NCBI GenBank assembly: GCA_963695095.1 | Contig: CAVOFT010000001.1 | Location: forward strand, 2,688,001 to 2,752,000 | Reading direction: 5' to 3' | DNA length: 64,000 nt | DNA from: an uncultured bacterium | Lineage (GTDB): Bacteria; Krumholzibacteriota; Krumholzibacteriia; JACNKJ01 | Shown: positions 57,243 through 64,000 of the stretch, one piece after another | Position numbering within the stretch: the first letter of the stretch is position 1 | Layout: each line of letters starts with the position of its first letter | Position numbers and translations under genes: made by a program | Notes under the pieces: model-generated | Told to the model about the DNA's origin: nothing | The model's database searches: none | Seen by the model: the letters and a program-made list of their open reading frames with translations, nothing else

Positions 57243-58622
57243 CTAGATCGCGATGCGCTGCCAGGCGCCGTGGCGAAAGCGCAGCGTGAGCAGCGTGGCG
57301 ATGCAGGCAAAGGCGATCACCCCGCCCAGCCAGGCGCCGAAGATGCCCATCTCCAGCCGATAGGCGAAGACGAGGGCCAGGGGCAGGAAGATCGCGTAGG
57401 AGCCGAAGCCCGTGATCAGCATGGGCGCCCGCGTGTCCCCGGCGCCCTGCAGGGCGCCGCTCATCGTCATCTGCACGGCGTCGCCGATCTGGAAGAGCGC
57501 GAGCAGAGGCACGATGCCCAGACCCGCCGCCACGACGGCCGGATCCTTGTTGAACAGCGTGAACAGGTGCGACCGCGCGGCGAAGAAGGCCAGCGCCACG
57601 ATCAGCGAGTAGGCGAGATTCAGGCGCAGGCTCACCCAGCCGCAACGCGCGGCCAGGGCCGCCCGACCGGCGCCCAGGTACTGGCCGACCATGGTGGTCG
57701 CGGCCTTGGCGATGCCGTTGGCCGGCATGAAGCTGAAGCTCAGCAGCTGCACGCCGATCTGGCTAGCGGCCAGCTCGTCCGTGCCCAGCCGCCCCATCAG
57801 GGCCATGAAGATGGTGAAGCTGCCCATGTCCAGGAAGGTCTGCACGCCGATGGGCGTGCCCACCCTGAGCAGTCGCCGCATCGCAGCGGGCTGGAAGGAG
57901 CGCTGCCCCCGCGTCAGGTACTGGGCCGCCATGCGCGGGCGCAGGAAGAGGGCGAGGCCGAGTGCCGCAGCGACGAGGTCCGAGATGCTCGTCGCCAGGC
58001 CGGCGCCCTGGGTGCTCAGCGCCGGGAAGGGGCCCAGGCCGAAGATGAGCAGCAGATCCAGCACCAGGTTGACCACGTTGGAGATGATCGAGATCATCAT
58101 CGAGGTGCGCACGTCCCCGACGCCGCGAAAGAAGCTGTGCCAGACGAAGGAGGCGAAGAGGAAGTAGGCGCCCAGCATGCGGGCGCGCATGTAGCGCAGA
58201 CCCTCCTCGATCACGGCGGGCTCGGGACCGGCCAGGGTGAGCAGGCGCTCGCTCTGCCAGTAGAAGATGCCGATGACGCCCGCCGCGGCCACGGAGAGGT
58301 AGAGCCCCTGCCAGGCGAACTGCGAGCACTCGCCGTGCCGCCCGCCGCCCTTGGCCTGGGCGACGAAGGTGCTCACCCCTTGCACGAGGCCCACGAAGAA
58401 GGTGTAGAGGGTCCAGACCAGCACGCCGCCGAGGCCCGCCGCGGCCAGTTCCACCTTGCCGACGCGGCCGAGCAGCAGCGTGTCCACGGTCCACATCAGG
58501 GTGGCCGAGAGCATGCCGATCACGGTCGGGTAGGCCAGCCGCCAGGCCTCCCCCATCGAACCCGCCCGCGCGCCCGGCACGATGATGCTGGGCTCGTCCG
58601 CAGTGCCTACGGTGTTTGCCAT
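57243..58622 (-). CDS. MATE family efflux transporter
   Basis: VDTLLLGRVG..ELAA, FRGVGD, NLVLDLLLIFG, GALQGAGDT. Confidence 0.92.
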   Translation of the reverse strand: MANTVGTADEPSIIVPGARAGSMGEAWRLAYPTVIGMLSATLMWTVDTLLLGRVGKVELAAAGLGGVLVWTLYTFFVGLVQGVSTFVAQAKGGGRHGECSQFAWQGLYLSVAAAGVIGIFYWQSERLLTLAGPEPAVIEEGLRYMRARMLGAYFLFASFVWHSFFRGVGDVRTSMMISIISNVVNLVLDLLLIFGLGPFPALSTQGAGLATSISDLVAAALGLALFLRPRMAAQYLTRGQRSFQPAAMRRLLRVGTPIGVQTFLDMGSFTIFMALMGRLGTDELAASQIGVQLLSFSFMPANGIAKAATTMVGQYLGAGRAALAARCGWVSLRLNLAYSLIVALAFFAARSHLFTLFNKDPAVVAAGLGIVPLLALFQIGDAVQMTMSGALQGAGDTRAPMLITGFGSYAIFLPLALVFAYRLEMGIFGAWLGGVIAFACIATLLTLRFRHGAWQRIAI

Positions 58623-58786
58623 CGCCCGTCCCTCGCGGGGCGCGCGCGAGCGCCCCAAAGGGCGACACGCTAGCGGCTCGGGCCTTGCCTGGCAAGCCCC
58701 GCGGCGCCCTTGCACCGCCCGTGGCCTTCGACTACGATGAGGGCCCCTCGCCACTCCCCGGTCGACCTTCGCACGAGGTGCAGAAC

Positions 58787-59977
58787 ATGGCTGAGCTCCG
58801 CGATGTGGTCATCGTCTCCGCTGCCCGTACGCCCATCGGCTCCTTCCTGGGCGCCCTGTCCAGCGTGCCCGCGCCCAAGCTCGGCGCCATCGCCATCAAG
58901 GCCGCGCTCGAGCGCGCGGGCCTCGACGGGCGATCAGGTGGACGAGTGCATCATGGGCTGCGTGCTGCCGGCCGGCGTCGGCCAGGCGCCGGCCCGCCAG
59001 GCCGCCCTCGGCGCCGGCCTGCCGGAGAAGGTCGAGTGCATCACCATCAACAAGGTCTGCGGCTCGGGCCTCAAGAGCGTGATGCTGGCCGCGCAGGCCA
59101 TCGCCGTGGGCGACGCGGACATCGTCGTCGCCGGCGGCATGGAGAACATGAGCCTGGCGCCGCACTACGTCCAGAACAACCGTGTGGGCACGAAAATGGG
59201 CGACTGGACGCTCAAGGACGGCATGGTCATGGACGGCCTCTGGGATCCCTATCACGACTATCACATGGGCAATGCCGCCGAGCTCTGCGCGCGCGAGTGC
59301 AAGTTCGACCGCGCCGCCCAGGACGCCTTCGCCACCGAGAGCTACCGCCGCGCGCAGGCGGCCATCGCCGACGGGCGAGTTCAAGCGCGAGATCGTCGCC
59401 GTGCCCATCCCCCAGCGCAAGGGCGATCCCGTGCTGGTGGACACCGACGAGGAGCCCGGCCGCGTGGACTTCGCCAAGATCGGCACGCTGCGGCCGGCCT
59501 TCGACAAGGACGGCACGGTCACGGCGGCCAACGCCAGCAGCATCAACGACGGCGCGGCGGCGGTGGTGCGTGATGGCCGCGAGCCTGGCCGTCAAGCTGG
59601 GCCTGAAGCCCCTGGCGCGCATCGTCGCCCAGGCCAGCGCCGCCCAGGCGCCCGAGTGGTTCACCACCGCGCCCGCCAAGGCGATCGAGAAGGTGCTGGC
59701 CAAGGCGCAGCTCAAGGCCGGCGACATCGACCTGTTCGAGATCAACGAGGCCTTCGCGGTGGTATCCCTGGCCAACAACCAGCTCCTCGGTCTCGATGCC
59801 GCCAAGGTGAACGTGCGCGGCGGCGCCGTGGCCCTCGGCCATCCGATCGGCGCCAGCGGCGCCCGCGTGCTGGTGACGCTCCTCCACGCGATGCAGGATC
59901 GCCAGGCCAGGCGCGGCCTCGCCAGCCTCTGCATCGGCGGCGGCGAGGCGGCCGCCCTCGTCGTGGAGCGTTTGTAG
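58787..59977 (+). CDS. atoB: Acetyl-CoA C-acetyltransferase (thiolase; 3 frameshifts)
   Basis: [50 protein letters not shown]. Confidence 0.93.
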   Translation: MAELRDVVIVSAARTPIGSFLGALSSVPAPKLGAIAIKAALERAGLDGRSGGRVHHGLRAAGRRRPGAGPPGRPRRRPAGEGRVHHHQQGLRLGPQERDAGRAGHRRGRRGHRRRRRHGEHEPGAALRPEQPCGHENGRLDAQGRHGHGRPLGSLSRLSHGQCRRALRARVQVRPRRPGRLRHRELPPRAGGHRRRASSSARSSPCPSPSARAIPCWWTPTRSPAAWTSPRSARCGRPSTRTARSRRPTPAASTTARRRWCVMAASLAVKLGLKPLARIVAQASAAQAPEWFTTAPAKAIEKVLAKAQLKAGDIDLFEINEAFAVVSLANNQLLGLDAAKVNVRGGAVALGHPIGASGARVLVTLLHAMQDRQARRGLASLCIGGGEAAALVVERL

Positions 59978-60050
59978 CCGACCCCAGCGTAGCGCGCGCG
60001 GCGCTTCGGCGGGGCGCCGCGCGCTTCCCCCGCGCTTGCCAAGGAGAAGC

Positions 60051-61439
60051 ATGCTCTACCCCAGCATCGCAGCCCTGCGCGCGGATCTCGCGCCGGCCTA
60101 CGAATACGATGCGAAGAATCAGCTCGACGTGCGCAGCGAGGCGTTCTGCCGCGAGCGGGCGGCCGCATGCCTGGCCGAGAATGCGGCCCTGAACCCGGAT
60201 GCCGCCGTGAAGGCGGCGGCCTGCGCCGACGCCCGCGCGCTTGCCGAGGCCCTCGGCGCCTGGCCGGCCTCGATCCAGGGCCTCTACGCGGCCATGGGCC
60301 GCGGCGAGCTGGACGGCCTCACCGTGCCGGCCATCAACGTGCGCGGACTCAGCTTCGAAGTGGCCGGCGCCCTCTTCGAGGCCGCACAGGCCGCCGGCTG
60401 CGGCGCCTTCATCTTCGAGATCGCGCGCACGGAGATCGGCTACACTGAGCAATCGCCGGCCGAGTTCGCAGGGGTGATCCTAGCCGCCGCCGTGGCCACT
60501 GGCTACACGGGGCCGGTTTTCATCCAGGGCGACCACGTGCAGGTGCGGCCGGGGCCTTACGCCGCCGATCCGGACGCGGAGCTGGCGGCGGTGGAGGCGC
60601 TGATCCGCGCCGAGATCGCCGCCGGCTTCTACAACATCGACGTGGACACTTCCACCCTGGTCGATCTCGCCCAGCCCGATCTCGACGCCCAGCAGCGCCT
60701 CAACTACCGGCTCGCCGCGCGCCTGACGGCCTTCATTCGCCGGCACGAGCCCGCGGGGGTCGCCATCTCGGTGGGCGGGGAGATCGGCGAGGTGGGCACG
60801 GCCAACTCCACGGTGGCGGAGTTCGCCGCCTACATGGCGGGCTTCCGGCGCGAACTGGAGCGGCTCGCGCCCGGCGCCCTCGGCCTGAGCAAGATCAGCG
60901 TGCAGACCGGCACGAGCCACGGCGGCGTGCCCTTGCCCGATGGCGGCGTGGCGGACGTGAAGCTGGACTTCGGCGTGCTAGCGGCAATCGGCGGCCTCGC
61001 CCGCCGCGACCACGGCCTCAGCGGCGCCGTCCAGCATGGCGCGAGCACCCTGCCCGCGGCGCTCTTCCACCGCTTCCCGGCCAGCTGCTGCAGCGAGATC
61101 CACCTGGCGACGGGCTTCCAGAATCTGATCTTCGCCCATCCGGATTTCCCCGCCGAGCTGCGCGGCGCGATCGATGCCCATCTGCGCGCGGCCCACGGCG
61201 GCGAGCGCAAGGCGGGCGACAGCGACGAGCAATTCGTCTACAAGCTGCGCAAGAAGAGCTGGGGGCCCTTCAAGGCCCAGCTCTGGGGACTCGAACCGGC
61301 GCGGCGGGCAAGCCTGCGCGCGGCGCTGCGCGAGCAGTTCGGCTTCTTCATCGATCAGCTCGGCGTGGCCGGCAGCCGCGAGCGGGTCCACCGCTGCGTC
61401 GGCGCCGCGCAGGAGGCGGGCGGGCGAGGCCGGGGCTAG
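60051..61439 (+). CDS. Class II fructose-bisphosphate aldolase family protein with N-terminal extension
   Basis: [31 protein letters not shown]. Confidence 0.82.
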   Translation: MLYPSIAALRADLAPAYEYDAKNQLDVRSEAFCRERAAACLAENAALNPDAAVKAAACADARALAEALGAWPASIQGLYAAMGRGELDGLTVPAINVRGLSFEVAGALFEAAQAAGCGAFIFEIARTEIGYTEQSPAEFAGVILAAAVATGYTGPVFIQGDHVQVRPGPYAADPDAELAAVEALIRAEIAAGFYNIDVDTSTLVDLAQPDLDAQQRLNYRLAARLTAFIRRHEPAGVAISVGGEIGEVGTANSTVAEFAAYMAGFRRELERLAPGALGLSKISVQTGTSHGGVPLPDGGVADVKLDFGVLAAIGGLARRDHGLSGAVQHGASTLPAALFHRFPASCCSEIHLATGFQNLIFAHPDFPAELRGAIDAHLRAAHGGERKAGDSDEQFVYKLRKKSWGPFKAQLWGLEPARRASLRAALREQFGFFIDQLGVAGSRERVHRCVGAAQEAGGRGRG

Positions 61440-62629
61440 TGGATACGCGGTCTCTCGCCCTTCTCGGCCACTTGCGCAAGGCTGCCCTGCTGATGACAGC
61501 CTTGGGCATGCCCTTCTCGATCGCGCTCTCGCAGGGGGCGCTGGCCCTGGCCATCGCCTGCGCCCTCGCGGAGGCGCTGGGCGGCCGCCGGCCGCCGCGC
61601 CTGGGCATCGAGCTGCCGCTCTTCGCCTTCGTGGCCTGGGCGCTCCTCACCATCGCCTTCTCGCAGGACCCCGGCGAGAGCCTCCGCCATGCCAAGCGCT
61701 TCCTGCTCCTGCCCGCGCTCTGGCTCTTCGCGGCTGCCGGCCGCGAGGAGCGCTGGCGCTTGCGCCTGCTCGCCGCGCTGGCGCTGGGCAGCGCGGGGGT
61801 GGCCCTCTTCGGCATCCTGCAGTACCTGCGCGGTCCAGGCGGCCTGGCCGGCCGGGCCATGCTCACCCAGGGCTACATGACGGCCGGCGGCCTCATGATG
61901 CTGACGGCCCTGGCCCTGCTCGCCTTCTGCCTGCGCCCCGGCGCCGCGCGCGCGCGGCGCTGGCTGCTGCCGGCCTTGGCGCTCACGCTCGTCGCCCTCG
62001 TCTTCACCCACACGCGCAACGCCTGGCTCGGATTTGCCGCCGGCGCCCTGCTGCTCTTCCTGCTCGTGCGACCGCGACTGGCCCCGCTCGCGCTCGGCCT
62101 GCTCCTGGCCGCCGGCCTCCTCGCCCCGGGCGGCTACCGCGAGCGCCTGTTCTCTTCCTTCGATCCGCAGCATCCCAACAACGTCCAGCGGGTGATCATG
62201 TGGCGGACGGGCTGGGAGCTGCTCGCCGACCACCCGATCACCGGCGTGGGCGACCTCGATCTCAAGGCCATCTACAGGACCCGCCACGCCGACGAGCAGG
62301 TGGAGATCAAGGGCCACCTGCACAGCAATCCGGTGATGTTCGCCGTGCTCTGGGGCTGGCCGGGTCTCCTGCTCGCCCTCGGTTTCCTGGGGGCGCTGGC
62401 CTGGCAGCTCGGCCGGCGCTGGCGCGCCCTGGCGGCGCTCGGCGAGCGCGCACCGCCCTGGGCGGCGGGCTGGACGCTGGCCGCGCTCGCCGGCTGGCTG
62501 GGCTTCATGCTGGGTGGCCTCTTCGAATGGAGCTTCGGGGACGCGGAGATCGCGCTGCTCCTGTGGAGCCTCTGCGGGCTCGGCCTGACGCCGCTGCCGG
62601 CCGCGACGCGGGCGGAGGTCGCCGCGTGA
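61439..62629 (+). CDS. O-antigen ligase family protein
   Basis: Multi-TM; THTRNAW, RVIMW, HPITGVG, HLHSN. Confidence 0.85.
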   Translation: MDTRSLALLGHLRKAALLMTALGMPFSIALSQGALALAIACALAEALGGRRPPRLGIELPLFAFVAWALLTIAFSQDPGESLRHAKRFLLLPALWLFAAAGREERWRLRLLAALALGSAGVALFGILQYLRGPGGLAGRAMLTQGYMTAGGLMMLTALALLAFCLRPGAARARRWLLPALALTLVALVFTHTRNAWLGFAAGALLLFLLVRPRLAPLALGLLLAAGLLAPGGYRERLFSSFDPQHPNNVQRVIMWRTGWELLADHPITGVGDLDLKAIYRTRHADEQVEIKGHLHSNPVMFAVLWGWPGLLLALGFLGALAWQLGRRWRALAALGERAPPWAAGWTLAALAGWLGFMLGGLFEWSFGDAEIALLLWSLCGLGLTPLPAATRAEVAA

Positions 62630-63186
62630 AGGAACTGCAGCTGCGCGACGAGGTGGTCTGGCTGCGCCGCGCCCGCATGGCCGAAGCCCCCCAGCTCGCC
62701 CGCGCCGTGCAGCTCAGCTTGCCCGAGCTGGCGCCCTACTTGCCCTGGGCCACGGCCGGCTACGACGTGATCGCCGCGCGCGAGTTCCTGGAGTTCGCCC
62801 GCGAGGAAGCCCGCGGGCGGCGGGGGCTCCACCTGAGCGTCTTCGATGCCGAGAGCGAGGCGCTCCTGGGCGGCGTCGCCCTCATGCTGCGGCCCGCCAC
62901 GCAGAGCGGGGAGCTGGGCTACTGGCTGCGCAGCGATGAGGCAGGCCAGGGCCTGGCGACGCAGGCGGCCGGCCTCCTGCTCGCCCACGCCTTCGGGCCG
63001 CTGGCCCTGCGGCGAGTCTGCCTCACCTGCGACGTCGCCAACCGCGGCAGCCGCCGTGTGGCCGAGAAGCTGGGCATGCGGCGGGAGGGCCGCCTGCGCG
63101 CCTTCATGCTGCATCGCGGCGAGGCGCGGGACCACTACCTCTATGCGATCCTCGCCGCGGAGTTCAGGCCCGGTTTCCGCGGCTAG
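62626..63186 (+). CDS. RimJ/RimL family GNAT acetyltransferase
   Basis: L.PYLPW, ELGYWL, GQGLATQA, N.GSRRVAEKLG...EG. GTGA overlap with the upstream gene. Confidence 0.88.
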   Translation: MKELQLRDEVVWLRRARMAEAPQLARAVQLSLPELAPYLPWATAGYDVIAAREFLEFAREEARGRRGLHLSVFDAESEALLGGVALMLRPATQSGELGYWLRSDEAGQGLATQAAGLLLAHAFGPLALRRVCLTCDVANRGSRRVAEKLGMRREGRLRAFMLHRGEARDHYLYAILAAEFRPGFRG

Positions 63187-63289
63187 CCCCACCCTGACTG
63201 CGGTCCCTTGACTCCCGGGTCCAGGCGGCGTTAATTGTACCAAAGCAGTCCACTTAACGCCCCGCGGCACTTACCCCGGAGGCTTGCTC

Positions 63290-63901
63290 ATGAACCGCAG
63301 CCTAGTCCTCGCGTTCGCCGCCCTGGCGGTGTTCGCTCAGAGCACGGGAGCCGACACGATGAACGCAAAGCTCGAGACCGCCACCCTGGGCGGTGGCTGC
63401 TTCTGGTGCGTTGAAGCCGTCTACCAGGAACTGACGGGCGTGACCGAGGCCGTCTCCGGCTACGCGGGCGGCAGCGTGGCTGATCCCGACTACAAGGCCG
63501 TCTGCTCCGGCAAGACCGGGCACGCCGAGGTCGTGCAGGTGCACTTCGACCCGGCCCAGATCAGCTACGCCGACATTCTCGAGATCTTCTTCAGCGTGCA
63601 CGATCCGACCACGAAGGACCGACAGGGGGCCGACGTCGGCAGCCAGTACCGCTCCATCATCCTCACAGCGAGCGACGAGCAGGCGCGCATCGCCCGGGCC
63701 GCCCTGGCCGCTCTCAAGGAATCCGGGGTCTGGCCGCGGCCGGCGGTGACCCAGATCGCGCCGCTGACCACCTTCTACCCCGCCGAGCAGGCCCACCAGG
63801 ACTACTACCAGCAGAACAAGCAGCAGGGCTATTGCCAGGTGGTGATCTCGCCCAAGCTGGAGAAGTTCCGCAAGCAGTTCCGCGCGCGTTTGAAGCAATG
63901 A
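63290..63901 (+). CDS. msrA: Peptide-methionine (S)-S-oxide reductase with signal peptide
   Basis: GGCFWC, SGYAGG, HDPT, QGADVGSQYRS, FYPAE..HQDYY. Confidence 0.96.
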   Translation: MNRSLVLAFAALAVFAQSTGADTMNAKLETATLGGGCFWCVEAVYQELTGVTEAVSGYAGGSVADPDYKAVCSGKTGHAEVVQVHFDPAQISYADILEIFFSVHDPTTKDRQGADVGSQYRSIILTASDEQARIARAALAALKESGVWPRPAVTQIAPLTTFYPAEQAHQDYYQQNKQQGYCQVVISPKLEKFRKQFRARLKQ

Positions 63902-64000
63902 GGGCAAGCTCGCTCTTGACCTCTCGCGCTCGCTGCTTAGACTGAAGGCTGCGTCCCCCAGCGAGAGGAGGCTGCCTTCAGGAAACGCAAGCGCAACGGA

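Noticed and set aside
63290..63901. Second selenoprotein (MsrA)
   Set aside because: The active site is encoded as GCFWC with Cys codons and has no in-frame UGA.

Overview
Very GC-rich bacterial chromosomal segment, mostly housekeeping and envelope genes. Three proteins end in a PNPFNP...LLK FlgD/T9SS-like sorting tail, which suggests an FCB-group lineage such as Latescibacterota, Krumholzibacteriota or Eisenbacteria (inference). Contents in order: an ECF sigma / anti-sigma / YbjQ / nagZ operon; HU; a Crp-Fic-M16-lipoprotein cluster; CarD; a tandem-domain ThyX; glcDEF; lipA; a cobalamin riboswitch upstream of a BtuB-like receptor and a tail-tagged beta-propeller; ArsR-nfnAB; transporters; a TIGR03960/TIGR03936-type radical SAM fusion; sucAB-lpdA; an RCC1-repeat gene; a selenocysteine peroxiredoxin (in-frame UGA plus SECIS); tRNA-Val and tRNA-Ala; hsp20; a CapA-family and a gingipain-like secreted protein; thiolase; class II aldolase; O-antigen ligase; msrA. 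No integrase, transposase, prophage or CRISPR array was seen. More than 20 frameshifts fall in conserved genes. Most look like +1 consensus artefacts in which both alleles of a polymorphic site are written in series. Best novelty candidates: (1) a self-contained ~270-nt structured transcript upstream of prxU with a 16-nt complement of the 16S rRNA 3' end, three GAGGUGG motifs exactly 38 nt apart and a 14-codon ORF; (2) a possible sigma54-driven C-rich sRNA after HU; (3) a B12-regulated, apparently secreted BtuG-like protein.
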